Source: Marsupella aquatica
Lineage: Eukaryota > Plantae > Marchantiophyta
Reading direction: 5' to 3'
Assembly: GCA_973895155.1 (NCBI GenBank)
Contig: OZ316892.1
Span: forward strand, 12,898,238-12,962,237
Length of the DNA stretch: 64,000 bases
Positions within the stretch are counted from its first letter, which is position 1. Each line of letters starts with the position of its first letter. A model generated the notes under the pieces. That model worked only from the letters and a program-made list of their open reading frames with translations, ran no database searches and was not told where the DNA came from. Position numbers and translations under genes: made by a program. Shown here in pieces: positions 1 to 13,580 of the stretch.

Positions 1-400
1 CTTTAACTAAAATATGAATATGATATGAATTTAGAGGAAAACAACACTGTTTTCAAAGAGCCTTTGGCTCTCAGAACTATATCTTTACTGAACAGTCAAA
101 GGGCAATTACACAAAACTTGGACTGAACTTGAAAATGCTGATGGTGATGCATCGATAGCACTACAATATTTACACCTGAGGACCCCAATGAACCAAGGAC
201 ATTTAAGTCCTTAAATACAAGTATTTATATAAAGGAAATGGCACACTTAGTACAATTGATATTCGGAATTATGCATGTATGTTTGGCCAGTCCAATTGAA
301 CAGCCTATCTTGCATTGAAATCTATGGGATTCTGATTTTTTTTGGTGTAAATTTCTTTCTTGCCTGAAGTTAAAAACTATAGATTCAATTTCAAAAAAAT

Positions 401-720
401 CTTTTAGGCATTTACTCCTAGGTTTGGAGTTACTCTATAATCACAGTTAGGCTAACCATAGTCAGACATTTGGTTAAGGTCAGGCGTGTTACAACTATAT
501 TCACTAGCAAGAAATAGTTAATGTAGGACCTAGGCTTATTGTCACAAAGCCAGTTGAGAGATAGAGAGAGCTAAGTGCTAAGTATGTCGAGACTCAGTGT
601 GCCCGACAAGTTTAAAGTTCATTAAAACTCTCTTGTGTCTTCTTATGGACTTGACCTTTAGAGAGATGAACCATGTATCTCTTATGTTGATTACTTGTAT
701 GTTTGTTGGATGTTGCACAT
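401..720 (+). mobile_element. Decayed copia LTR fragment (boundaries approximate)
   Basis: Shares blocks with the LTR at 22086-22429: cagttaggctaac, agttgagagatagagagagct, ctcttgtgt..atggac..gaaccatgtatctc. No clear TG..CA ends or TSD. Confidence 0.55.
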
Positions 721-764
721 GTGCATCTATTTAAGTAGCAATCTTTTGCATAATGCAAGGAAAC

Positions 765-1056
765 TGTTGGGGATAATCCTTATCCTGAAACACCATGCAC
801 ATGTAAACACCATACAAAGTAGTCGACACAGCGAGTACATGGTTCACCTCTTGACTGAGGCTACGTCCACGGGAAAACAAGAGACCTTTACTTCTCTCTT
901 GCTCCATTCCAACAATGAACTGAAGACCCACCAGGGGTTGACATCAACCCTGGTTATACACAACATGCATCATTGCTAACCTAAGCTAAGTCCTAACCTG
1001 AGTTAGCCTAACTACAGTTAGCTCTAGAGTCACAAGACTAAGAGCAATACTCAACA
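765..1056 (-). mobile_element. Solo LTR related to the copia LTR at 22086
   Basis: TG...CA termini. Reverse complement starts tgttgagtattgctcttagtcttgtgactc, like the intact LTR, and contains cccgtggacgtagcctc..ggtgaaccatgta. Flanks are GAAAC (760-764) and AAAAC (1057-1061), a 4/5 TSD match. Confidence 0.8.
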
Positions 1057-2358
1057 AAAACAAAACACCAAAAGAATCATTGATGAGCACAAAATTATGT
1101 AGTTGTATACCATAGTTGACATGTATGTTTGTCATTAGTTGACTTGCATCTATATTACTCATCAGTTGACTTGCATCTATTTGGCCCAAGGTCTTTAAAT
1201 ATTGACCTTGAGGTGGTTTCTGGCCATGCGGCTTTTGTTTTGTATGTGGTTTGGCTCCTTGGGGTTTTGTATTCTTGGTGACCCGTTGGTTTTCAAGCAA
1301 CTTTGAGATACATGTGGCGCACTGTTGCCTTTCATTTACAAATTAACAATTATTTAAATAAATGAAATTGAACTTTTGATTCTTTGATTGGAATTTGAAG
1401 CCCCCATGGACCAAAAGATTGGTCTTGGAAAGCCCCAATAGACCACATTTACCTAAAAAATATTGTAATTAAAATATCTTGATATTCTAAATTCTAATGT
1501 TTTTGAGTTTTGGAGATATGTTCGAGCACTAGGTAAGATACACTTCCATCATAGTGAGAGTGACTTTTTGGCCATCTTGGTAGAGTTTTTCATCATAAAA
1601 TGTGGAGGGGTAGATTCCATTAGACTAATTTCCATTAACTTAATATGCAAGATTTGGGCTTGTGCTTTTTAATGTCTCTCCTTCTCTAGCTGCCTTGCAA
1701 GTGCAAAAGCATAAATTATTCTAGGATTGAGAATCATCAAATTATGGGCCCCAAACTCCCACGTTCCACCAAAATGTGGTCCAAGGGAACGCTAAGTCCA
1801 GCCTGGTGGTCCACCCTGGCTTTTTCTTAAAATACATGTGGCAGAGTGTTGCCTTTCATTGATAAACAGTCAATTAAATTAAATGAATAAAATTGAACCT
1901 TTTCAGTCTTCGATTGCGCGAAATTGATTTCGGAGTACGGTAATGTCCAACTGGGGCGAATCTCGGGCGTCTATCTGGTACAGTCAATCGACGGACAAAC
2001 TTGAAAGATGTACGTTCGGAACAGTACTACAGGAGGATTCAAATCGCGGCTGTGCCACTACGGTAGTACTGTTGTTTGGTGCGGGAGGAGAGCGCAAAAC
2101 CGTGAAGACGATGGACGATCGTGTCCAATTGTTCTGTTCTGGTAAAAGGAGGAGCATGAGCAGAAAAGATTGCTGTGCTGTTGGAGCTCCGCCTCCGTCT
2201 GTCGTCGGCACGATTGCTCCAAGCTTCTGAATTAGTCTTCTGATTCGTGCCCAATACAGTGGTCTAGGTCCGCCTCAGCTACGCACATTGTGTGCGAAGA
2301 GGAGAGGGCCGACGAATCCCTTGAAGTGGAGCAGGAGAACGCTCGGTAATCCTCAAAA

Positions 2359-5300
2359 ATGGGCGGAGAACATGTGATCTCGAAGCCGGGAGGTGGTGTC
2401 GTTGGCACCAGCGAGAAGTCTCATCGGAGGACTCCGTTCCCTCCTACTAAGGTTTCGACCGAGTATGACAGTGAGGGCCGCGTGTTTGTCAATAAAATAT
2501 CGACCACCATATTGAACGGGTTTGCGAAACTGAGGACTTCTTTCGAGAGGGGAAGCGATGGGAAAATCACAGATCCGCTTCTAGGTTTCGTGACCAAGTA
2601 TGTGTCTGTGCTGTATGACCATCAAGATATGAACGCTCTTGTCACAGTCTCTAGCGACTTGGGACGGCATCTGAATGTCAAATGTCTGGTTGACGTGAAG
2701 GTACTGTTGTTGCGCTTTGTCCCTGCCTGCTGCATGTCGTTTGGGACAGTTCAGCGTGGCTCTGTCTAGTACCTGATTTATGTTGCTCTCTGTGTTTGTT
2801 GGTTTGCTCAGTAATTGAAGCATGTCCATAGCTTGCTCATGTAGCTGGTCTGTTTGAGCAGCATTTCCCATCTGCAGGAGTGGATTCACTCTTTTTAGTT
2901 TTTGAAATAAATTTGTATGCTGAGAAGAAAATTTGCCTTTTGCAGGCTCAGCACAAAGAGGTCCAACTGCGAGCTAAGGGCTTTAATGACCGGTACCGAG
3001 CCGAACTAACATGCGACGTCTCGTCTGTCTTTCGTATGGTAATGGCCTAGATGGACTCCTTTCTCCACATTGTTGCATTGTTTATTTAGTGGTCGAGCAC
3101 GAGTGCCACCAGTATCAAAGATTTTGATTTCCAATCGCAAGCACTACCGGATCTGTCGGGTCACAGCACCATTCCTTGCGGACTATCGCGCCATGTTGGT
3201 TACTTCGATTGCTTGCGAGAATGTGTTGACTGCATGTCCGTAGTACAGAGGATGGCATTGATAAATCATTCCGATTCTTTGTTCGCGAAGGTTTATCCTC
3301 ATAGGCTTGAAGTTGCCGTCTCTCTGGTTGGCATTTGCCAGGATCGCGGTTCATAATATCGTGCTAGCATGGAGGACCTTTTCGCAAGCCCGCTGCCTTG
3401 CTTATAGAATAATGCTAACTCGTGGTAGATTCAGTATCTTTCAGTTGTAGTGATCAGATAGTCCAGGGTTTCAGCGAAGGTATCCTTGTGGGTAATTAAC
3501 CGTCCAGGACTAGTCGTTATTGAGATATTCATATGTTCGTTGGTAGAAATTCATCTGACCCACTGATTTTCTTGGGTAAGACTTGAGCAAGGCGCAGTCA
3601 GCTTTCCCATCTAAATACAATTTGCTGCAATGGAGCCTGAGAAGTATCTAAATTCCTTAATGCAAAAGACACGTTTCCCATTATAGTCACCTTAATATGG
3701 CTTCAGGTAATAATCAAACTCGAAGTTTGTATATTTCAAAATAATTTCCTAGTTAAACGACTCCAGATGGCATAGAGGTCAACGTCTGAAGGAATCAAGA
3801 AGCTCTGTATTCAAGAAGCCTTGCGAAATCCGTTACATTTGTGTTCTTGGCGGCAAAGGGCCATCTAGGAAATCAGTGTTTCAGATTCAAGGCTTTGATG
3901 CACCTGTACCAGTAGACTTCGTCTCGTGCGGAAGTGATCCTCTCACGCTGTCCACTTTGACGCTGTCCACGTCTCTTGGAAAACTACGCGCATGAATTGA
4001 CGGCTTCTGGGCAAACAATTGAAACAATCATGACCCGGGATTTCTTAATGCTGATGCCATCCATGCGAGAATTGCGCTGTTATCTACCTTCGGATTTCTC
4101 TCTTGTTGTGCATTGACATATAATGTGAAACTACTCGTCTTGCATGTTTTTAACTCCTTAGATTAAACAAGACATGCGACAATGGTCCAGTGCATAACGA
4201 CTCTACCTGTGGCTGTTTACCACTGTGTAAAGGATGATGTTGGAATTGTCCTGTGAAGCCCTTTGAAACATATTTTGATATTGCAATTTTGCTCTTCAGT
4301 CAAAAGCAAGTTTTGCTTTTCCTATCGGCGAGGTGAAGGTGGAGGAAGAGTTTCGAGAAGATGAAGATACTGGAGACGAGTACAGGGCAGTATCCGTCAG
4401 TGGTTCTGGAGGAGGATCAGTTTTGGGTGGCATACTTGTGGCTGACTATGCACAGGAAAATGTCAATCTGAAATACATTTTCAAGGTTGGTGCTCACACA
4501 TTCTTGCATCGATTAGTTTGTCTCGTAATCTTGTGCGTGAGCAGCAAATGCTTCTGCTGCCAATGATTATTTTGGTCTATTGAAGTTCATCTTTGAAGGT
4601 GGTTGTGGCGTATTTACCTTGCAGATGATTAGCAGGAAGTGATAATTTAGAATGTCCAAGACAGTGAAGGTTCTTTGCAAGTTCTATTGAACGTGGAAGT
4701 GTGATAGTAATTGTAAGGGGTTTGTTTTCTTTTGTTGATATCGAAACATTTGGTTGGCTGTGGCCCTCCAGGAGGAGGAAATGACTTTGACACCTTCAAT
4801 CCGCTTTCCAGAGAATGCATTGGCTGTAGCGTTCAAGCGACAGCTGGATCGTGCAAACAAGTTTAGGTGCTGTGCTTTATCTCATTCATTGTTGAAAGTG
4901 TGTAAAGTCTTAGCTAGGCAGGTCGTCAATACAATTTATTTGGGTGCAATGCATAGAATATTGGTATCCTGGTGAGGCTGGAATTTTTTTTTGGTCATCG
5001 TATTGTTAACCCTGAGCTCTTTCGCCAGCTATTTCTACGACTTCAATTCTACTACCTGGAGTGGAGTGTACAAACACAAGCCAACAGAAGACTTCAAACT
5101 AAAACTGGGCTATGATTCTGATGTTCGTCTCCGGTGGGGATCAATTTGGGTATGGTTCTCTCCGATCCAAATAGCATCTTGAAGGAGGTGGTGACTAGTC
5201 ATTTATGCCTCAAAGAATACGAAGTTCCATTGAATGAGAGGCGGAGTTCTGTTATGCAGTCTAACTTGGTGTCTCCTGTGATTTCAATCAGGTCGGCAGA

Positions 5301-5423
5301 GAAGACTCAGGTGCAAAGAAGGCACCGCGGAAATGTAAGCTGCAACTTATGGTACAAGTGCCCGAAGATGGCTTGCAATCGGCCGTTATCCTATTCAGAG
5401 TAAAGAAGCGTTGGGATGTGTGA
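2359..5423 (+). CDS. OEP37: Chloroplast outer envelope pore protein 37, 6 exons
   Basis: GT-AG exons 2359-2700, 2946-3038, 4300-4485, 4772-4866, 5029-5149 and 5292-5423 join in frame. Motifs KVSTEYDSEGRVFVNKIS, KYVSVLYD, KLGYDSDVRL and VILFRVKKRWDV* match the plant OEP37 family. Confidence 0.92.
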
Positions 5424-6399
5424 TCTTCAGGTTTGATTAGTTCAGGTTTGATTAACTGAGCTCAGGCAAACGATTTTGGAGTCTGAGCTTTCCTCCAACA
5501 ATGTCAATTTAAATTATTAGGTAGGTAGGTTACTTACAGAAGGTGATACCATTAACTCTTGCTAGTGGTCAGATCATCTTGGTTAGTTCTTTACAACAGA
5601 GCATAGCTTTGTAGTGAGGGTTTGTGGCCCTTGCTCCTGGAGGACACCTGCATTTTCGTAAAGAGCATTGTTTACAAACTGTTACTGTGCTCCCGCGTCT
5701 AGCCTATTGCATGCTGATTCGCTACTTTGTGGCAGTCACGAGTCTTGTACTGTCAAAATCAATGATGATGCAAGGAAGTTTGATCTATTGATGGTATCTC
5801 TTTGGTTGTTTTGTCGTGTTTAAGAATATTTACATATTTCAATCATTTGCAGTAGAAAGAAACTGAAAATAACCTCTTTAGGTGATTTAATCGCCTCTGT
5901 CCCCAAGAAAAACATGGTGGAACCAAGTTACCAAAATTAGTCAATAATGTAAAAGTACACTATATTGTTGTCCCCTAACTTGGTGGACACTGACAATTTG
6001 AGGAAGTAAAAAGCTAGTGGTATCTGGTTCCTCAGCCTCTTGAAACTATCACTCGCATTTGGATAATAGTTTATAACTTAACCCAAGGAGCCAGCAAGAG
6101 GCGCTGGTGATTGAGTTGATGGGAGGAAACGTAATCCACTCCCAAATCCGCTTAGACTTCTCTATTGTGACTTGGGTTTGCAACCAAGACAGTGGATTTT
6201 GAGATATGCTGGTTCACCAGGAAATCTCTTCCAAAACTAACGAGAGCACTCAACAAGCATGATGTGATGTGCTCTGGAGCCGGGAATTTTGGAAAGGACC
6301 TCTAATGGGGTCCGTAATAATAGCACCTCTAAGCTTGAACTTGAACTCATGTTTTGGGGGCATTGTATCCTAGAGTGCCCTCTAAACAAAACTTTCCTA

Positions 6400-6715
6400 T
6401 ATAAGTATGGGTCTCATTAGGGCTGACTTTAGTTGTAGACTAGGTTAGGTTAACTAAGTTGTACACTATATTTTGAACGATGTTGCTTGAATAGGAGTAA
6501 CTCAAGTTCATTGTTATGGAATCACTTGAGAGATAATGAGATCTTGTATTGTGGAGACTTGGTATGGTCGACAGGGCCTAGAGTGCAATAAAGTTCTTGT
6601 GTTCTCCAATGAATGTAGCCTTAAGTTAAGATGAACCACATATCTCTATGTGTCGATTATTTGTACGTTAGATGATTCACGGACTTGCCATTGTGAATGT
6701 CGTCTTTTCTCAACA
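6400..6715 (+). mobile_element. Decayed copia LTR (start approximate)
   Basis: The 3' half aligns with the LTR at 22086 (ggcctagagtgcaataaagttcttgtg, gaaccacatatctct, gaatgtcgtcttttctcaaca) and ends in CAACA at 6715. Confidence 0.65.
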
Positions 6716-7019
6716 AAAATGTGACCTTCGGCTTGATTTTTGAGAGGCTATCATTGTCCATAATGCTAAAAAAAACAAGAACTTTATACACTCAAAGGCC
6801 TAAGAGATTTTGTTTTTCTAATTTTAGCAATTGTTGAGTAGAATAATCCTAAGAGACTATCTAGATCTTGACAAGGCATTATGCTCCAGAATGCCCTGAA
6901 AATACAAACAGAAAAATTGTGAAGGGCATTAAGGGGATGGAAAGAATCATATATAAAAATGATGATCATGGATGATGAATTTTGTCATGATCTCTACTAA
7001 TGTTCAAAGAATGGGCATT

Positions 7020-7335
7020 CAAACTAGTGTGGAAAAAAAAGGGTCAAGTTAATATGGAAAATGGGGGAGGTCCCTTATATATGGCCACTGGTGGTTTGAA
7101 TGAGAGTAAAAAGGGTGAAGTTAGTGTGATATATATGGCCATGGTTTGCTTAAACATTTAATGAAAGGAAACAAAGGGTCAAGTTTGTGTGGAAAAAGGG
7201 GGAGGCCCCTTATATATATGGCCATGGGTAGTTTAAACGTTTAATGAAAGGAAAAAAAAGCGTCAAGTTCGTGTGTAAAAAGGGGGAGCTCTTGGACACC
7301 ATATCCCTAGGGGTGGCTTAAACATTTAATGAAAG
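7020..7335. repeat. Degenerate tandem repeat (about 60-85 bp units) upstream of the PPR gene
   Basis: Recurring blocks aaagggtcaagtt..gtgtggaaaaagggggag, atatatggccatgg and ttaaacatttaatgaaag. Confidence 0.75.
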
Positions 7336-7854
7336 ATTCTGTACTTTTGAAAGACTACAGCATTACCCGCTAAAGGGTTCATAATTATACAAAGACGAGG
7401 CACCTACGAGAAAGAAGAGCTCCAAGGAGAAGAGGGACTGATGGAGACAAATCGTGGAGAACGGAGGCAATCAATTCCGAGTGGAATCGCACTTGGGATT
7501 TGGAGTAGCTCAGCTCCGCTCAGTCCAGCTGAATTCCAAGTGACAGATCAAGGTTTATGGTTGCAAATTCGAGTGACAGACAGATCACGGTTTCACTCTG
7601 CCGCCTTCTCAGGGTTCCTCTTCCTCACCATCATTGCCAGCGGAATCGCCTTTTGGTGGACATTCTTGTTGAGCAGCAGCAGCGTAGCGGAATTGAGGCG
7701 GATGAAGGGAAGGGAAGTGACGAGATGGCTGCGGATGTAGCAATGGAGGTGTCGGAAAGTCGAGTCCTCACATGTCTAAGAGGAGGAGTACGAGGCTGAG
7801 GGCCTATATGAAGAAAAGTTGTGGAGTTTAATCTTTAGGTTTTGAAAGGGCAAA

Positions 7855-10800
7855 ATGGCGAGAGCGGGTCGATCGAGGGGAGTGTGGAGGAGAGGGATCG
7901 CTATGAGTGAAGTGATGAAAGGGAGCAGCCTATTCCTGCCGGGGTTGGGGCCGCCTGTGCAGATTCTGCCACAGCAGCAGGCCGAGCACCTCTTCTCTGC
8001 CTCCAGCGCTGGCTCCTCCATCCTCTCTTCCCACTTCCAGCTCTGTCGACGGGTTCACCAGCATTCCTCGCATACCATCAGGTCGTCCCAAGCTTCTTAC
8101 CTACATTTCAGTTTTGTCCGTTGTTGTTTGGTGTCTGTCCCTCTTGATGTAAAATTCATATTACCTTCTGCCTGTTGTGATCTTCGTGCATATTTAGTTT
8201 CTCATTCTTCTGATGCTAATACTTGGAGAATTTCCGCACATGTGGAAATCCATAAATGGTGCTTTTTGATTTTCCTTCACTCGTTGTTATACACTGGGAG
8301 GTACTTTAAACCGGTTAGACATAGGCTACGAGGGAGAAATATGTAGATTGGGTCACGTGAATTCAATGGAGGACCCCTTCCCTTCCCTTCCTCAAAACAA
8401 TGTCTTCAATGCACACATTCCTTGGTTACTTCGGTAAATTGTAGAGCATTGCCCACCATTTCCATCCCTCAACTTCTGAAGGGCTTTTTCATGTTTCCAG
8501 GAATCAGCGGCAGCGGATGCTTCTCCTGGATAATAAATTTCAAACTGGAAGGTTTGTTGTGAAGCATTTCCCATCTTCTTTTCATGGAGATGCCAGAGCG
8601 CTGAAACAGCAGAGGTCATTGCCGAAGGAAAAGTTCAAAGACGCATTCAAGTTGTGTCCCACCAGGGTGTCGAAGAGAACTTTGGCTGTACAGTCTTTCA
8701 ACAGACCGTTCGACGAATCTCATAAACCCCCAGTGAATTATCCCCCTCTAGTCACCCAGCTCCCCACTGCACGTAAGCCTCAATTCCCCTCCGCGAGCGA
8801 AGATCAGAGCAAGACCCGGGACTTGAATACTCCTGGGAGTTTAGATCAAAGTACTTCATCATCAACGCTCGAAGTTGTCCAGCCGGGTTCGGAGGCAAGC
8901 TCTAAGCAAGTATACGCAGTCAACACTATCTCAGAGCATAGAATGTCATGGCGAGCTGAAAGGAATATATCTGATCAGGGAGCCCCAAGTCCAAATAATG
9001 GGCGACCTGGTCCAAGATTTGAAACGAGTCACATGCTTGGTGAACACCCTTTTCCAAGAAGCTCAATTAGGATTGAGTCTGGCAATACAAATCCGAATTG
9101 GTCTCGAGACACCGCACAAGGGAATGGCGGTACGCACATGCATAGCGCTGGTACCACGAGTGAAGCAATTACTGTTTTGCAGAATCGTCTACAACGACGC
9201 CTTACTACAGACTCTTACACGTATGTTAAAATTCTGCAAATGTGCTTGAAACAGAAAGATCTTTTAGCGGCCAAGCAGGTTCATGACTACATCATGAAGA
9301 GTGGAATGGGTAAGAATCCATATGTAGCGAACACCCTCCTGAATGTGTATATCAAATGCGGGGCATTGTTGGATGCACGACGAGTTTTTGATAAACTTGA
9401 AAAGAAGAGTGTGATTACTTGGAACATGATGATTGCAGCATATGCTAAGAGTGGCCATACTGAATCCGCACTGGAACTTTTCAATTTAATGCGCCGAGAA
9501 GGTGTGCGGCCTAATGAGGTCACGTATGTGTGCATCCTGAAGGCATGTGCCAGTCCATTAGCTCTTAACTGGGGAGAAGAAGTTCATGTGTATATTCAAC
9601 GTGCCGGCTTTGAGTCAGATTTTCGTGTAGGGACTGCCCTCCTTCAGATGTATGCAAAGTGTGGGTGCATTACCGAGGCAAGGCGAGTTTTTGAAAATTT
9701 GACTAATCGAAATCTTGTCACATGGACCATAATGATTGGAGCATATGCAGAAAGTGGTTGTGGTGAGGAAGCATATCGACTGTTTCTTGAAATGAGACGG
9801 GAAGGCTTCGAACCAGATGCAATCACTTATGCGAGTATACTGAATGCATCAGCAAGTGCGGGGGCTTTGGAGTGGGTGAAGGAGGTTCATGGCCAAGCTA
9901 GCAAAGCGGGACTGGACTCGAATTTGCGTGTCGGCAATGCACTCGTTCATATGTATGCAAAGAGTGGGGGTATAGATGATGCGCGATTGGTTTTTGACAA
10001 AATGGAGAAACGTGATGTAGTCACATGGACTACTATGATCGGTGGACTTGCACAACATGGATGTGGGCACGCAGCATATGGATTGTTTTGCCAAATGAGA
10101 CGAGAAGGCTTCGAACCAGATGCAATCACTTATTTGAGCATCCTAAATGCATCTGCAAGTGCGGGGGCTTTGGAGTGGGTGAAGGAGGTTCATGGCCATG
10201 CTAGCAAAGCGGGACTGGAGTCAGATTTGCGTGTGTGCAATGCACTGGTTCACATGTACGCAGAGATTGGTAGTATAGATGACGCCCGACGAGTTTTTGA
10301 CACAATGCAGAGACGCGATGTAGTCACATGGAATGTGATGATCGGTGGACTTGCACAACACGGGTTTGGGCATGAAGCTTATCGACTGTTTATCCGAATG
10401 CGACGGGAAGGCTTCGAACCAGATGCATTCACTTTTGCGAGTATTCTCAATCCATCCGCAAGTGCGGGGGCGTTGGAGTGGGTGAAGGAGGTTCATGGCC
10501 AAGCTCGCAGAGCGGGACTGGAGTCGGATTTGCGTGTGGGCAATGCACTGATTCACATGTATGCAGAGAGTGGTAGTATAGATGACGCCCGAAAAGTTTT
10601 TAATAGAATGGAGAAACGTGATGTAGTCACATGGACCACCATGATCGGTGGACTTGGATACCATGGATGTGGGCATGAAGCACTGGAACTCTTCAGAAAA
10701 ATGATTGCGGACCGTGTGAAGCCCGACGGGACTTCATTCGTGGCTGTGTTGTCAGCCTGCTGTCACGGCGGCCTTGTTGATGATGGCCGTAGACTCTTTT

Positions 10801-11546
10801 CAGCTATGAGGCAAGATTATGGCGTGGAGCCTGCTGTTGTGCATTATAACTGCATGGTGGATATTCTTGGGCGAGCTGGACACTTGGAGGAAGCAAAGCT
10901 CTTCATTCGTGACATGCCAGTTGAACCAAATGTAGTAACTTGGACAGCCTTGCTTGGGGCTTGTCGAACATACGGTAATGTGGACTTGGGTGAACTTGCC
11001 GCTGACGAGCTTTTCAAGTTGGAACCCAATAAGGCCTCTACATATGTTCTTCTCTCCAACATCTATGCTGCAGCTGGCAAATGGGAGAAGGTATCATTGG
11101 TGCGGACTATGATGGAAAAGAGAGGTGTCCGGAAGGAGCCCGGGTGTAGTTGGATTGAAGTTGATAACAAGATCCATGAATTTGTCGTGGGGGATACATC
11201 TCACAAAGAAGCGAAGGCGATATATACTGAGCTCAATACTTTGACTGAAAAGCTGAAGGCCGAAGGCTACATTCCGGATACCCGGCTTGTGTTGCATGAT
11301 ATCAATGAGGAGGACAAACAACTAGCTCTTTGCTCTCATAGTGAGAAGTTGGCTATTGTTTATGGACTACTTCACATTCCTCGAGAAGAACCAATTCGGG
11401 TAAGGAAGAACCTTCGTGTGTGTACAGATTGCCATACAGCAACCAAGTTCATCTCTAAGGTGACAGGACGCGAGATTATAGCGAGGGATGCAAATCGCTT
11501 TCATCATTTTAAAGATGGCGTGTGTTCTTGTGGTGATTACTGGTGA
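7855..11546 (+). CDS. PLS-class PPR protein with E1-E2-DYW cytidine deaminase domain (organellar C-to-U RNA editing factor)
   Basis: ORF 8517-11546 has 17 L/S/P motifs, PG box PGCSWIEV, HSEKLA, CTDCH and terminal CSCGDYW. Probable upstream exon (ATG at 7855 or 7903, to 8081) splices in frame over intron 8082-8500. Motif style (ASAGALEWVKEVH, DLRVGNALVHMYAK) recalls moss PPR_43/PPR_56-type proteins. Confidence 0.95.
9792..10690 (+). repeat. Three near-identical 303-bp (101-aa) PLS triplet repeats inside the PPR CDS
   Basis: atg(a/c)gacg.gaaggcttcgaaccagatgca recurs at 9792, 10095 and 10398, an exact 303-bp period. Confidence 0.95.
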
Positions 11547-13287
11547 CCAGATTGAAAGCTTTGTTGGGTTCGCTGGAAGAGACTGTAAACAGTACTCATT
11601 GGCAGTCCAGATATAATCAAGTTTTCGTTGTTTGCTTAATGAGGGCCATGCATTCAAAAGGCATTATATCGAGAGGTTTTTATTGCAGCCCTCGGCGATG
11701 GCAGTTCTGTGACAGGATCTTTGGAGATTATGCAATTTGGCTAGCCATTCCCAGTCCTTTAGGTATTCTCACCGAAAGACAAATGGGAAGAAAATCGTTG
11801 GTCACAGTGAATGTTGACCAAACACTCGATTTATAGGTTCATTGGAAAACATAACAAAAAAGCAATGTGAGTTGCTTCTTGTTAGATTAGGAGACGAGTG
11901 TTTTGCACATGCCATTCGGTAGTTGCCATGTGGTGGACATGGGCTTGAAGAACGATCGTACTTAGACTGAGGGCAGCTCAAACATGCACAGGGCAATTTC
12001 TCTGCCCATTGTTCTAACTCATCATGAGTGAAGGTTTCTAAATGGAAAGGAATGAACATTTAGTTATTTACTTACGTGACTATTATGAAGGTGTTTGTTT
12101 GAGTACAGGTTTTTGTTTTTGTTAAAAGGTACTGTTGTTCGGCTTGATTGGTATTGGCACACTAAGGGGGTTTGCTTGTGTTTCCTTTTGGCCTTTCAGG
12201 GATTGGCATAGGGAAGTTTCAGGGTGATGATATTTTTAAAATTTTCCCTGTATTTTAATATGGTATGCTTGTAATTGTATATGGTCACGTGGTGTTACAC
12301 AATGGCCCATCCGTGGAGCATTGTGGACACATTCCAAATTCAAATCCCACTGGTTTTCTATGGTGAAACTCCCAAAGCAGAGAGTGGAAATTTTATTGAT
12401 GAAGTTGATCTATTGACAATTAGTGTGTATATAATGAAATTAGTTTGAGTACCCATTGTTATGTAAGTTAGATGTTATCCAACAAGTTAGAGTCAATTCA
12501 AATAGTTTTGAATATGAGACAGGGAAAAAAACAAGATAATTAGTGGTAAGCTCATGTAAAACATTCACTTGGTATTCCTATGTCATGTGACATTCCATAT
12601 AGTCAATGCAAATGTTTACTCTTTCCTCTTGTGCAAAAATGCAAAATAACATTTAAATCCCAATTTAAATAGAAAATTACAATTTCCTGAAAACACTGAT
12701 CTATCAATCACAATCCATCCAATGGATGGTTAGCTTTTTTTACCCTTCCCCCCCCTTTTCGTACCCCTTTTATTGGTAACGAAGTGTTACTTTCAAGTTT
12801 TAAGATTGTTTTTACAGTTACAAAATCTTAATGGTTTTCTTTGCCTCAAACACAATTGAGTCAGGTTTGATAATTCTGGTATAATGAATCTTTCTTGTTT
12901 GCAACCAATAGTGATGATATGGCTACACTTGCTTCAAGGCACTTTGAAAGGAGCTTCCCATGTAATCCGTGAAGAATGATTGAAAGGGATGTCAGGTCAA
13001 TCTGACCATTTGACAAATCCCGTCTGATTATGCCCTCTAATGTATATCAATGATGAATGTGATAGCTTTATTTTATTTCATATAAAAAAATTCCTTTATT
13101 CCGCACTAATTATAAAAAGTAATAATTATATGGATTAAAAAAAACAGTTTGCTATTCAATATAGAAAAAAATTGAATGTACAAATTGAAGCTTTGAGATA
13201 ACAAAGCCTAGCTCAGCTCAACATCATATGTCAAACAAATTTAAGTTAATCAAAGCCAAGCACTAACTACTTAGCTTCCCAGTGCAA

Positions 13288-13580
13288 TGTAATAAACCAT
13301 CGGCTCCGGACTAGACAGCAATGCGGAAACATGAGAGACACTCAATCAGACGCTACAGCAACGAGACACCCCGAGTGGAGAAACTCCTGAAGGCTCCATA
13401 GCAAATGAGAGTACATGTGAAGAATGAGGGAGAAAACTCTCTCCCTCCAGCCTATACCCCCCAAGGGGGCCAAGATGAGTGGGCCTAAACTAAGTGGATC
13501 TTATCCTAATATAATCCAGGGTTAACTAACCCTAGTAAGGCCAAACTAACTAAGTCGAGAACTCGAGTCAATTCCTAACA
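13288..13580. mobile_element. Solo LTR of a second family (293 bp)
   Basis: TG...CA ends (tgtaata...cctaaca) flanked by a perfect 5-bp TSD, TGCAA (13283-13287 and 13581-13585). Confidence 0.8.
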
